Assembly: GCA_043820105.1 (NCBI GenBank)
Contig: JBDREC010000090.1
Span: forward strand, 1 to 64,000
DNA from: Pseudomonadota bacterium
GTDB taxonomy: Bacteria; Bdellovibrionota_F; JAHFAK01; JBDREC01
DNA: 64,000 bases
Direction: 5' to 3'
Shown here: positions 40,406 to 50,443 of the stretch, one piece after another
Layout of the letters: each line of letters begins with the position of its first letter
How positions within the stretch are numbered: position 1 is the stretch's first letter
Program-made: the position numbers and the translations under genes
Notes under the pieces: generated by a model
Database searches by the model: none
What the model saw: only the letters and a program-made list of their open reading frames with translations
Told to the model about the DNA's origin: nothing

Positions 40406-42130
40406 ATGATTAAGCATGACGCGATAGTAATTGGTGGTGGTCTCGCTGGACTTAGGGCGGCCATTGAACTAAATAGACATAATATTAAAGTGGCAGTTAT
40501 TTCCAAAGTTCACCCCATTAGATCTCATTCAGTTGCAGCTCAGGGAGGTATTAATGCATCTTTAGGAAATCATCCAAGGGGTTTGTATGATTCTTGTGAA
40601 AAACATGCTTTTGATACAGTTAAGGGCAGCGATTATCTTGCAGACCAAGATGCTGTTTTAAGAATGACTAAAGAAGCACCAATAATTGTTAGGGAAATGG
40701 AAAATTTTGGTTGTCCTTTTTCAAGAACAGAAGATGGTCTTATTGCCCAAAGACCTTTTGGTGGAGCTGGCTTTCCAAGGACAGCTTATGCAAAGGATAA
40801 AACAGGCTTAATGTTACTGCATACTCTTTATGAACAAGTGGTTCGTTATGAACATGCATCTGAAAGACAGGACATGGTTGTTTATGATGAGTGGATTGTT
40901 CTTAAGCTTGTTGTAAGTGATGGAAAAACAGATGGTGTTATTGCAATGAATGTTAAAACTGGAGAAATTGAATGCATCCAGTCAAGTATTGTAATTTTTG
41001 CAACAGGTGGTTCTGGAAGAATTTATGGAAAATCTTCAAATGCTTTGCAAAATAACGGACATGGGATGGCCCTTGCATACTGGGAAGGCATTCCTTTGAA
41101 AGATATGGAATTTATTCAATTTCATCCAACCTGTTTATTGGGATCCTGCATCTTAATGACAGAGGGATGTAGGGGCGAAGGTGGATATTTAAAAAATAAT
41201 TTAGGCGAGAGATTTTTAGCAAATTATTCTGATTCATCAAAGGCAATGGAAGTAGCCCCAAGAGATATCGTGGCAAGAAATATTCAAACAGAAATTAATG
41301 AAGGTAGAGGCTTTGCAGGTGGATACGTTAATCTTGAACTCATGCACCTCGGTGAAAAACGAATCATGGAAAGACTTCCAGGTATTAGAGATATTTCTAT
41401 GAATTTCGTGGGTGTTGATCCAATTACAGATCCTATTCCAATTCACCCAGCACAGCATTATACCATGGGAGGAATTTCAGCAAACATTGATTGTGAAACC
41501 GAGATTAAAGGAACTTATGCTGCAGGTGAATGCTCATGTGTTAGTGTTCACGGTGCTAACAGACTTGGTGGAAATTCCCTGCTTGAGACAATTGTTTTTG
41601 GAAAAATTGCAGGAAAGGCTGCTTCTGAATATGCTACCTCTATACCAAAAGCTTCTGATGATAAAGCTTTAGCAAATGGAAAAGAAGAAGTAGAAGTAAT
41701 GATCAAAAATTATTTTGACCGAGAAGGAAAAGAAAAAGCCTATGAAATTAAAAATGAACTTAATTCTATCATGGATTCTAAGGTTGGTATTTTCAGAAAT
41801 AAAGAAGGTTTGAGTGAGGCTGTTGAAGGAATTCAAAAACTCAGAGAAAGATTTAAAAATGTCGCTGTTTCTTTTAAAGCTAATAAGTTAAATCAAGAAC
41901 TTCTTTCTGTAATTGACTTAAAATCAAATCTTGATGTGGCTCTGGCAATTGTTACTGGAAGTCTAAAAAGAGAGGAAAGCAGGGGAAGTCAGTTTAGAAC
42001 AGATTTCCAAACCAGAGATGATGCAAAATTTTTAAAACATACCTGTGCTTATTATACCGAAGATGGACCTAAGCTTAAATATACTGATGTTAATTTGAGT
42101 TTGTTTGAGCCTAAAGAAAGAAAGTATTAA
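40406..42130 (+). CDS. sdhA: Succinate dehydrogenase/fumarate reductase flavoprotein
   Basis: GGGLAG, RSHSVAAQGG (FAD-His), QFHPT, HYTMGG, HGANRLGGNS. Confidence 0.95.
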   Translation: MIKHDAIVIGGGLAGLRAAIELNRHNIKVAVISKVHPIRSHSVAAQGGINASLGNHPRGLYDSCEKHAFDTVKGSDYLADQDAVLRMTKEAPIIVREMENFGCPFSRTEDGLIAQRPFGGAGFPRTAYAKDKTGLMLLHTLYEQVVRYEHASERQDMVVYDEWIVLKLVVSDGKTDGVIAMNVKTGEIECIQSSIVIFATGGSGRIYGKSSNALQNNGHGMALAYWEGIPLKDMEFIQFHPTCLLGSCILMTEGCRGEGGYLKNNLGERFLANYSDSSKAMEVAPRDIVARNIQTEINEGRGFAGGYVNLELMHLGEKRIMERLPGIRDISMNFVGVDPITDPIPIHPAQHYTMGGISANIDCETEIKGTYAAGECSCVSVHGANRLGGNSLLETIVFGKIAGKAASEYATSIPKASDDKALANGKEEVEVMIKNYFDREGKEKAYEIKNELNSIMDSKVGIFRNKEGLSEAVEGIQKLRERFKNVAVSFKANKLNQELLSVIDLKSNLDVALAIVTGSLKREESRGSQFRTDFQTRDDAKFLKHTCAYYTEDGPKLKYTDVNLSLFEPKERKY

Positions 42131-42132
42131 TT

Positions 42133-42160
42133 AGGGAACAAGGGAACAAGAGAACAAGGG
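42133..42160. repeat. Octamer array (AGRGAACA)x3.5 after the sdhA stop
   Basis: Related units at 20481-20507 and, reverse-complemented, at 34421-34440. Confidence 0.75.
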
Positions 42161-42200
42161 AAAACACATAAATTATTAAAAAAAAATAAGGAAGAAAAAA

Positions 42201-42920
42201 TTGGAAGAAATAATAATTAAAGTTTTTAGGTTTGATCCTGATGTTGATAAAAAGCATCACTTTGATAAATTTGTTGTTCCTTATGAAAGAGGAATGACAG
42301 TCCTTGATTGTTTGTTGTATATTCAAAGTCATCTTGATGGATCCTTGGCTTTTAGATATTCTTGCAGAGAAGGTGTTTGTGGAAGTTGTGCTATGCATAT
42401 TAATGGCAAATATCAATTAGCCTGCGAAGCTCAAGTCTCAGAACTTAAATCAAAATCTATTACTGTTAGGCCACTGGCACATTTACCAATTGTTCGAGAT
42501 CTTTTTGTTGATTTAGAACCATTTTGGGAAAAATATAAATTGATTAAACCTTATTTAATACCTGGCAAACCCAGTGTAGATGGTAAGGAAAGATTGCAAA
42601 AGGTTGAAGATAGGTCAAAACTTGATCAAATTGTTGATTGTATTTTATGTGGCTGTTGTTTTTCATCTTGTATGCTTACCAAAACAGATCCTAATTACAT
42701 TGGACCTGCTGCTTTAGCTAAAGCTGATCGCTTTGTGCTTGATTCAAGAGATTCCGCAACTGAAGAACGTTTAGCAATTATTGGTGGTGATGATGGTGTT
42801 TTTAAATGTCACACTATGTTTAATTGTCTGGAAGTCTGTCCAAAAGATGTTAATCCTACTAAAAGAATCGCTGATTTAAAAAATAAACTAGTTTGTTCAA
42901 AATATAAATTAGGCACTTAA
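42201..42920 (+). CDS. sdhB: Succinate dehydrogenase iron-sulfur subunit
   Basis: CREGVCGSC, CILCGCCFSSC, CHTMFNCLEVCP; TTG start. Confidence 0.93.
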   Translation: MEEIIIKVFRFDPDVDKKHHFDKFVVPYERGMTVLDCLLYIQSHLDGSLAFRYSCREGVCGSCAMHINGKYQLACEAQVSELKSKSITVRPLAHLPIVRDLFVDLEPFWEKYKLIKPYLIPGKPSVDGKERLQKVEDRSKLDQIVDCILCGCCFSSCMLTKTDPNYIGPAALAKADRFVLDSRDSATEERLAIIGGDDGVFKCHTMFNCLEVCPKDVNPTKRIADLKNKLVCSKYKLGT

Positions 42921-42963
42921 TTTTATTTCATAATTACTAAACTTAAATAAAAGGAGTTTAAGT

Positions 42964-44931
42964 ATGCTTAAGCGAAATGAAGGCGTAGACATTGTAGCCG
43001 AAATAGGAGGAATCCATTCAATTGATGAAGCTAAAAAGCTTTTTGAAGAAAAAATGGATTGCGAGACTCTTGCAAAGCTTAAAAAGATCGAAAACACTGA
43101 AGCTTTATTAAAGATCGCAAACTCAATTGTTATGTGTAAACCTGATAATATTTTTATTAATACAGGAACCCCTGCTGATGTGAGTTTTGTTAAGTATTTA
43201 GCTTTAAAAAAAGGTGAAGAAAAGCCTCTTCCAATGATTGGACATACAATACACTTTGATCTCAAAGGAGAACAAGGAAGGCTTGTTGATAAGACATACT
43301 ACATCTACAATGAAAATGAAGATATATCTTCACTTGCTAAGAAACAGCTTAGGGCTGATGCTTTAGTTGACATTAAAGAAAAAATGACAGGTATTATGCA
43401 AGGTCATACAATGGTAATTGGTTTTTATTCAAGAGGACCTGTTGGTTCTCCTGTTTCAAATCCTGCCATTGAAATTACTAGCTCAGCTTATGTTTGCCAC
43501 AGCGCTGAACTCCTTTACAGGAATACTTATAATGATTTTGATAAAGAAGCAGCTCGTCTTGGACATTTCTTTACAAACATTCATTCAGAAGGTCTAAATA
43601 GAGATCAGGATCTTGAAAATGCTAGAGTCTATATGGACAGAAGCCATTGGACAACATATAGTATATTCTGCACATATGCAGGAAATACCTTGCTCATGAA
43701 AAAAGGTAATCACAGATTTGCAGTTGATAAAGCAGTTTATATAAATAGAAATAAAGAATTATCTGAACATATGTTTATAACTGGAATCGTTGGTCCAGAT
43801 GGTAGAGAAACCTGGATAGCTGGCGCTGCTCCATCAGGTTGCGGAAAAACAACAACAGCCATGGCTGGAAATTTGTTTGTTGGTGATGACCTGGCTCAAA
43901 TGTGGATTGATGACAATGGCTGCGTAAAAGCGATAAATCCTGAAGCTGGAATTTTTGGAATCGTTGAAGATGTTAATTGGGAAGGTGATCCAGAGCTGAT
44001 GAAGCTTATAAGAAATCCAAAGACTGAAGTTATTTGGTCAAATGTATGTATATCAGAAGCTGGCGTGCCATATTGGACCGGCAGTGGTGAAGCATATCCA
44101 GAAAAGGGTTTTAATTTTCAAGGTGAATGGTACAAAGGAAAAACAGATGCTAATGGAAAAGAAATTCCAATTTCTCATCCAAATTCAAGATGTACTCTTA
44201 GATCTAACGCTTTAGCTAATTATTCAGAAAAAGCAGAAGATCCAAATGGTGTTCATGTGAAAATTGTTACTTATAGTGGAAGAGACGCTGATACAATGCC
44301 ACCTGTTTGGGCAGCTTTAAATTCTGACCATGGTGTGGTAATTGGTGCTTCAATTGTCTCAGCGGCAACTGCAACAGAAGTTGGATCAACCGGCGTGAAA
44401 CGTGCTCCATGGGCTAATGCTCCTTTTATTCCTGGCGCACTTGGCGATTATATGGATGCTCAATTTAAATTTTATGGATCAGATAATATTAGCAAAGGCA
44501 ATCGTCCAATTATGGCAGGTCTTAACTATTTTCTAACTCATGAGGCAAGAGGCGGTGAAGGCAAAAAACTTCTTGGTGAGAAAAAAGATGTTAAAGTTTG
44601 GCTTGCATGGCTTGAAAGACTTGTACACCATGAAGTTTCTTCTATAAAAACTCCAATGGGTCTAATTCCCAAATATGCAGAACTTAAAAAGCTTTTTTCA
44701 GAGATTATTGATAAAGAATATACAGAAGATTTATATAATAAACAATTTTCATTCTATATTGATAATATGTTGGCTCGGATTGAGTTGCAGAAAGAAGCTT
44801 ATTCAAAGGACCTAAATGTTCCAGAAAGACTCTTTGAAGTTTATGATGAACAGCAAAAGAGTTTGGAAGTTTTAAAAGAAAAATATGGTCAGGTTGTAAC
44901 ACCAAAACAACTAGAGGAATATAATAAATAA
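42964..44931 (+). CDS. pckG: Phosphoenolpyruvate carboxykinase (GTP)
   Basis: YAGN.LL.KK, SEHM, PSGCGKT, VGDDLA, NPEAG, HPNSR. Confidence 0.92.
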   Translation: MLKRNEGVDIVAEIGGIHSIDEAKKLFEEKMDCETLAKLKKIENTEALLKIANSIVMCKPDNIFINTGTPADVSFVKYLALKKGEEKPLPMIGHTIHFDLKGEQGRLVDKTYYIYNENEDISSLAKKQLRADALVDIKEKMTGIMQGHTMVIGFYSRGPVGSPVSNPAIEITSSAYVCHSAELLYRNTYNDFDKEAARLGHFFTNIHSEGLNRDQDLENARVYMDRSHWTTYSIFCTYAGNTLLMKKGNHRFAVDKAVYINRNKELSEHMFITGIVGPDGRETWIAGAAPSGCGKTTTAMAGNLFVGDDLAQMWIDDNGCVKAINPEAGIFGIVEDVNWEGDPELMKLIRNPKTEVIWSNVCISEAGVPYWTGSGEAYPEKGFNFQGEWYKGKTDANGKEIPISHPNSRCTLRSNALANYSEKAEDPNGVHVKIVTYSGRDADTMPPVWAALNSDHGVVIGASIVSAATATEVGSTGVKRAPWANAPFIPGALGDYMDAQFKFYGSDNISKGNRPIMAGLNYFLTHEARGGEGKKLLGEKKDVKVWLAWLERLVHHEVSSIKTPMGLIPKYAELKKLFSEIIDKEYTEDLYNKQFSFYIDNMLARIELQKEAYSKDLNVPERLFEVYDEQQKSLEVLKEKYGQVVTPKQLEEYNK

Positions 44932-44932
44932 T

Positions 44933-46165
44933 ATGTCTAGAGGAAAAATATTAGCAATGATTCTGGCAGGAGGGGAAGGCAAAAGGCTTGCTCCTCTTAC
45001 TAGAGACAGAGCAAAACCAGCAGTTCCCTTTGGTGGGAAATATAGGATTATAGACTTTGTGCTTAGCAATTTTGTTAATTCCGGCATTCTTAGAATAAAG
45101 GTTTTAACTCAATATAAGTCCTATTCATTAACTAATCATCTTATTCGAGGCTGGGCTCTTTCCCCATTTCTTGATAACTATGTTGAAGCTGTGCCTGCTC
45201 AAATGAGAAGAGGAAAGCACTGGTATCGTGGCAATGCTGATGCTATTTACCAAAGCATGAATATTATTACTGATGAAAGACCTGAGATTATAGCTGTTTT
45301 TGGCGGTGATCATATTTACAAAATGGACGTAAGGCAGATGGTCAATTTTCATGAAAAAAAGCTTGCTGATATGACTGTTGCTGCAATTCCTGTTCCAAAA
45401 GAATTGGCTAGTAGTTATGGAATTATTGAAGTTGATAATGATTGGAAAATGATAGGTTTTGAAGAAAAGCCTAAAGATCCAAAAACTATGCCTGGCAATA
45501 ATGACATGTGCCTTGCCTCAATGGGAAATTATGTTTTCTCGTCAGACCCTTTAATATGGGAGATTGAGCACGATGCTCAAAACGAAGATTCAGAACATGA
45601 TTTTGGAAAGAACATTGTAACAAATATGTTTGCAAAAGGAAAAGTATATGTTTATGACTTTTTCCAGAACAAAATTCCTAATCAACCAAAGTCTGAATTA
45701 GGCTATTGGCGTGATGTGGGAGATCTTGATATGTACTATCAGGCTAATATGGATCTTATTAGTGTTAATCCAATTTTTGATATATATAATGATCGATGGC
45801 CAATTCACTGTTCTATTCGAAAAAATCCGCCAACAAAATTTGTATTTTCAGACTATGCTAATCAAAGAGTAGGTGTAATGACTGATTCTCTGGTAGCAGG
45901 AGCTTGTATTATAAGTGGAGGTCATGTTCATAGGTCAATATTATTTCCCAATGTCAGGGTAAATAGTTACAGCAGAGTTGAAGATTCAATTGTTTTTGAT
46001 AATGTTAAAATTAATAGACACGCGAAAATTCGACGGGCCATTATAGATAAGAATGTTGTAATCCCAGAGGGCATGGAAATAGGATATGATCTGGAAAATG
46101 ATAAAAAACGCTTTCATGTTTCAAATGATGGAATTGTGGTAATTGCAAAAGGTACAAAACTTTAA
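44933..46165 (+). CDS. glgC: Glucose-1-phosphate adenylyltransferase
   Basis: [45 protein letters not shown]. Confidence 0.96.
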   Translation: MSRGKILAMILAGGEGKRLAPLTRDRAKPAVPFGGKYRIIDFVLSNFVNSGILRIKVLTQYKSYSLTNHLIRGWALSPFLDNYVEAVPAQMRRGKHWYRGNADAIYQSMNIITDERPEIIAVFGGDHIYKMDVRQMVNFHEKKLADMTVAAIPVPKELASSYGIIEVDNDWKMIGFEEKPKDPKTMPGNNDMCLASMGNYVFSSDPLIWEIEHDAQNEDSEHDFGKNIVTNMFAKGKVYVYDFFQNKIPNQPKSELGYWRDVGDLDMYYQANMDLISVNPIFDIYNDRWPIHCSIRKNPPTKFVFSDYANQRVGVMTDSLVAGACIISGGHVHRSILFPNVRVNSYSRVEDSIVFDNVKINRHAKIRRAIIDKNVVIPEGMEIGYDLENDKKRFHVSNDGIVVIAKGTKL

Positions 46166-46302
46166 CATTTTTTTGAGTGACTCGGGACATGGTTTACCTT
46201 TAATTTTTCAAAAAATATAAATTTTCCAGTTTTTAAAAAAAAGATTTTACTTCAATTTAAAATAAGCTCCTAATAATATAGATGTATTTATAAATCCAAA
46301 AA

Positions 46303-46319
46303 TTGGCACCTTTCTTGCT
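46303..46319 (+). promoter_or_regulatory. Consensus sigma54 promoter
   Basis: TTGGCAC-CTTTC-TTGCT, a perfect -24/-12 match. Confidence 0.8.
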
Positions 46320-46329
46320 TTAAATAAAA

Positions 46330-46397
46330 TCACCGTTTCATAATATGTCCCCCAATTTATCTTAAGACCTGGATTTTTCCAGGTCTTAAGATTTTTA
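46330..46397 (+). ncRNA. Candidate sigma54-dependent small RNA (~67 nt)
   Basis: Lies between the consensus sigma54 promoter and a terminator; no RBS-led ORF; unpaired UCCCCCAA segment. Confidence 0.45.
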
Positions 46398-46400
46398 TTT
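46359..46400 (+). terminator. Intrinsic terminator
   Basis: 15-bp perfect stem ATCTTAAGACCTGGA/TCCAGGTCTTAAGAT, TTTT loop, T-tract. Confidence 0.85.
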
Positions 46401-46512
46401 ATGAAACAACTTTTTTAGGGGAGCATTTAAATTTGGGAATATGTTTAACCGAGAAGTATGTATAATTCCGGTTATAAAGAGCATTATTATTTAACTATTG
46501 TTAGGTGAAAAC

Positions 46513-47159
46513 ATGTTTCCAAGCAAATGTATTAAGGTGATATTATTATCTTGTTTTCTGTTAATTTTCAATTTTTATTCATTAAACGCCACAATAAATA
46601 AAATATGGCTCATCTCCATTTTGAGTACCCACCAAGAATAATTATTCTGAAAATATAAAACACTGTTCTATCTATTCCATGATATTCAAATTGAAATAAA
46701 TATTTCTAGACATGAAACCATTGGATTAATCTTAGGATTATGATTATGATTAGGATTAAGATGAGGTTAATGATTTTTTGTGCTCTTCTTCTCAGATTTA
46801 ACTGAAAACTGCTGCTCTATTGTTTAGGTATTCAAATTGGAGATGATCCTAAAATATTTAGTCAAGAGCGGCTAATAACTTTATTTTCTGAACCAAACTC
46901 AGGATTTAAAATTCTTATTATTTACAAGCAGGAGCATGCTAAAAATGAAGATTATTTAAACTTTTTATGTCATAGTCCCAGCAAACCAGGGTATTATGGA
47001 TTGCCTTTTATACAGGTATTTAAAGATGGGAAATTAAAAAAAGCTATCAGGGGAAAACAAGCAGCTTTATCTGATTTAATAAAAGAAGCGCTGGAATCAG
47101 AGGATACTGCCTCAGATATTTCTTTAGAAGAGATTTTGATGAAAGTTTGCCAATGGTAG
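46513..47159 (+). pseudogene. Secreted thioredoxin-fold-like protein gene (131 aa) interrupted by a MITE
   Basis: Removing 46607-46857 restores an open frame MFPSKCIKV...GLPFIQVFKDGKLKKAIRG...VCQW*; AGGTG RBS. Confidence 0.75.
46607..46849. mobile_element. MITE copy 2 (243 bp) with a perfect 8-bp TSD
   Basis: TIRs GGCTCATCTCCATTTTGAGTACC / GGTATTCAAATTGGAGATGATCC; TAAAATAT at 46599-46606 and 46850-46857. Confidence 0.92.
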
Positions 47160-47220
47160 AAATTTAATAAATCTAATTATTAATAATTAACGATTTGCTG
47201 AAAATATTTAATTATAAGGT

Positions 47221-48741
47221 CTATTCTTCTTCTTCCAATTCTTCATCGTTACCTGCAATTGCTTCTTCAAAAGTTGCTATATGAGGAACAGGCAACAAAG
47301 GCATGGCCTCTGGAAATACATTTATGCCGCATCCAGAGTATACGTCTGAGCCAACAAAAGTTAGACCTGTTATAACATAATCAATATTACCTAGATCAGC
47401 CGGTGAAAATCTCACCTCAATCCCTTCTGCATCTTGTTCGCCATCAAAATCAATGTTTTCCTGTTTATTATAAGCATTATCTTTAAACCAGGAATAATGA
47501 CCTGCATTATTTTTACCATAACCATCTTCTCTTAAATCCCTTCTTAGGATTTTGCCTTTAATATTGCAATCTGTACCTCCAAGATCAATACCAGTAAGTG
47601 CAAAGTCATCAGTAAATTCAAAGGAAGTAGTTTTATTGATTTCCTCATCACCTGAATCAGAGCTTTTATAGGCATAATTTGTATTGCTTGTTTCCTCTGG
47701 AAGTACGCAGGTTCCTTCACCATTTCGATTATCTACAATTTCTTGCTTTACACCTTCTGATAATCTGCCATCAGGTAGAATTTCCTTGTATTTTACAAGG
47801 ACACAACTGATGTGTTTTGTGTTAAACTCATTTCTCGTGGGTTCGGGAAAGGCAGCTAAAAAGTCCATTTCATAATCATCCATAACAGCTTCCAACTCAA
47901 ATCCTACTATAACGCTTTTATCGTCGGATTTTGATTTAATTTCAATTAAACTTTCATCTGCTCTGGCTCCAATTGTTGCAACAGCATCGATACACATTAT
48001 TTCAACTATTGGAGCGAGAGCTGGATTTAATAACCCTGATATACATAAAACAGAAGCGACCCCTAAGTCAGCTTGATTATCATCAACAAAGGTTTGAGGA
48101 TCCATTATCATATTTGATGTAGCTAAATCCAGTTTCCATCCTTCTGAAAGATTAGTATTGCACTCTTTAATTAGATGTTCAAAATAGACTTCAAACGAAA
48201 GAGATCCATCATTATAATATTCAGAGTAATATTCCATGCAACAAACATCTGGATCAATGGTATCAAGACATATGGAACAGTAACCATCGAGTTCTTGTTC
48301 GGGATTGTAGCAGAAAGGATAATTATCTTGACCATTTGGAATGCCATCTTCATCGTCATCTGATTCTTCACATACATCACCAACTCCATTATTATTTGAA
48401 TCTTTCTGGTCTGGGTTGGCGTCATATCTGCAATTATCTTTGGTATCACTGAATCCATCACCATCTGTATCAATATTATCATATTGTGCATAACAAGCAT
48501 CATTACAGCTTGCAAGGCCTTCAAGATCATCCTGACTAAACTCAATTGTGCATTCAACAAGGCAAGCTTCCAGATTATCTTTTGAACCACCTGGTGAGTC
48601 TGGGATGATCCCTGGTCCTGGATTTCCAGGTTGGCCAGCGCCACCTGGAGTTTGCTCTCTTGGTTCTCTGTTGCTTTTGCCACATGAAGCAAGACTTAGG
48701 ATTATGATTAGGATTATAATTAAGAATAATGATTTTTTCAT
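47221..48741 (-). CDS. Lipoprotein with TSP3 repeats and putative beta-prism-like C-terminal domain
   Basis: Lipobox LASC; DNCRYDANPDQKD; VIVGF/FALTGI/YVITGL repeats resembling the C-terminus of the 29392 protein. Confidence 0.78.
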   Translation of the reverse strand: MKKSLFLIIILIIILSLASCGKSNREPREQTPGGAGQPGNPGPGIIPDSPGGSKDNLEACLVECTIEFSQDDLEGLASCNDACYAQYDNIDTDGDGFSDTKDNCRYDANPDQKDSNNNGVGDVCEESDDDEDGIPNGQDNYPFCYNPEQELDGYCSICLDTIDPDVCCMEYYSEYYNDGSLSFEVYFEHLIKECNTNLSEGWKLDLATSNMIMDPQTFVDDNQADLGVASVLCISGLLNPALAPIVEIMCIDAVATIGARADESLIEIKSKSDDKSVIVGFELEAVMDDYEMDFLAAFPEPTRNEFNTKHISCVLVKYKEILPDGRLSEGVKQEIVDNRNGEGTCVLPEETSNTNYAYKSSDSGDEEINKTTSFEFTDDFALTGIDLGGTDCNIKGKILRRDLREDGYGKNNAGHYSWFKDNAYNKQENIDFDGEQDAEGIEVRFSPADLGNIDYVITGLTFVGSDVYSGCGINVFPEAMPLLPVPHIATFEEAIAGNDEELEEEE

Positions 48742-48790
48742 CTTTTCTCTCCTTGAAAATACTTTTTTGTCTTTGTTGATTTATTATATG

Positions 48791-48807
48791 AGCAAAGTTT
48801 GTGCCAA
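48791..48807 (-). promoter_or_regulatory. Consensus sigma54 promoter
   Basis: Minus strand TTGGCAC-AAACT-TTGCT, ~50 bp upstream of the ATG. Confidence 0.8.
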
Positions 48808-48902
48808 TGTGAGAATATTTTAAAAGGATAGTAATAATAGATGGTTAGTTTTAACGTTTTGAGAGTCTTTTTTTCAAAATTGGGATTTATTTTGTTATTT
48901 GT

Positions 48903-49895
48903 TTAATATGGTAAACCCCTGTTTGTTGCAGGCGAGGTTTTTTGCAAGGAATCTTGTACCTCCTGAGATACTCTTATAAAACTTTGAGCTGATCTGTCTA
49001 TATCTGTCTGAGAATAATCTATTAAACTTAAACCATCTTCTTCTAAATTAAGAACAGCCAGTTCCAGTATATATTTATCACTTGGTCCAAAAGCGTCCCT
49101 GAATTTAACCTGGGCAAAATCTGTTAATTGTCCATGTGCTAAAGATAAGATAGTGATTATCTCTTTTCCTTTAAGTTCCCTTATAGATCCTGCTAAGTGT
49201 TCTACTGAATTACAAATATCTGTTCCTGTGCTTATTACTTTATCTGTATAAAAATCTGCTTTTTCAAGCAGGTCTTTTTTTGCCAGGTCTTCAATAATGT
49301 TTGTATCAAGTTTGATTCTACATGCTAAACTTTCAAGCCCTTGTTCTAGTTTTTCTTCAAAAAACTGCCTTTTATGTTTTTTATTGAAATAGTCTTCTAT
49401 TGCAACTTGTACTTCTTCTTTTGTAACAGCTTGGAAAGGATTTGAATCATCTGCTGGAAAGGATCTTAGATATAATCTATAGGTATTTGTATATCTTTTT
49501 TCTTTTTTTAGTTCAGCTCTTTCGTCAAACCATCCAAGATCATCTAATTCAATTAGAATTTTGGCATCACTACTGCCTGTAACTTCTAGCATAATTTGGT
49601 CAAGCTCTAATCTTCGTTCATCTGCATTAACTATTATATTATCAAGAAGTCCATTTAAGGTAATTCTATCATTAAAGTAATTTTCTTTAAAAAAAGTCAT
49701 GGTCTTTGATGATATGAGATAACCATTTGATGTTACAGTGTCTATATAATCGTGAACCATTTCATTAAATGGATCTGGAGTTACTCCTTCTGCTACTGGA
49801 TAAATTTCTCCAGCTGGTCGCCCAAATAAAAAAGCTGGTAATATTAAAATTGCTAAAACTAAAAAAAAGATTTTCTTAAAGAAATTAAGGCTCAT
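48903..49895 (-). CDS. Exported hypothetical protein
   Basis: GGAGGT RBS, signal peptide; family not recognised. Confidence 0.68.
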   Translation of the reverse strand: MSLNFFKKIFFLVLAILILPAFLFGRPAGEIYPVAEGVTPDPFNEMVHDYIDTVTSNGYLISSKTMTFFKENYFNDRITLNGLLDNIIVNADERRLELDQIMLEVTGSSDAKILIELDDLGWFDERAELKKEKRYTNTYRLYLRSFPADDSNPFQAVTKEEVQVAIEDYFNKKHKRQFFEEKLEQGLESLACRIKLDTNIIEDLAKKDLLEKADFYTDKVISTGTDICNSVEHLAGSIRELKGKEIITILSLAHGQLTDFAQVKFRDAFGPSDKYILELAVLNLEEDGLSLIDYSQTDIDRSAQSFIRVSQEVQDSLQKTSPATNRGLPY

Positions 49896-49993
49896 ATGGC
49901 ACCTCCGTCTTAAATGGTTTATAAGAGTTTGGGAATCAAGATACTATTAGGATTTATTCTAAATCATAAAGCTATCTATTCGTATAATTTATT

Positions 49994-50010
49994 AGCAAGA
50001 TAGAAGCCAA
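49994..50010 (-). promoter_or_regulatory. sigma54 promoter candidate
   Basis: Minus strand TTGGCTT-CTATC-TTGCT, GG-N10-GC. Confidence 0.55.
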
Positions 50011-50187
50011 AAAGCTTTGCCTTCTAAATTTAATAATTCTAGCTGCTTATCTTTGAATTTTACAGAATCTTTTTTTTAAAAGTATGCATTTTTTCATAAG
50101 ATTTTTAAAGATGTGATTTCCATGTCTCATGAAATCCCCATTAAAAATTGAAAATTGATTGTTGATTATTGATTATTTTGTTCTCCT

Positions 50188-50401
50188 ACAAAGAATAATT
50201 TATCTGAAAATATAAAAAACTGTTCTATCTATTCCATGATATTCAAATTGAAATAAATACTTCTATATATGAAACCACTGGATTAATCTTAGAATTATGA
50301 TTAGGATTAATATGAGGCTAATGATTTTTGCGCTCTTCTTCTAAGATTTAACTGAAAACTGCTGCTCTATTGTTTTTAGGTATTCAAATTGGAGATGATC
50401 C
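50188..50401. mobile_element. MITE copy 3 (left TIR missing, abutted by an (ATTGATT)-type array at 50147-50177)
   Basis: Near-identical body and right TIR to the 46607 copy. Confidence 0.85.
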
Positions 50402-50443
50402 TTATTTATCATGGCCTCCCACGCTCTTGGAAAAATAAAAAAT

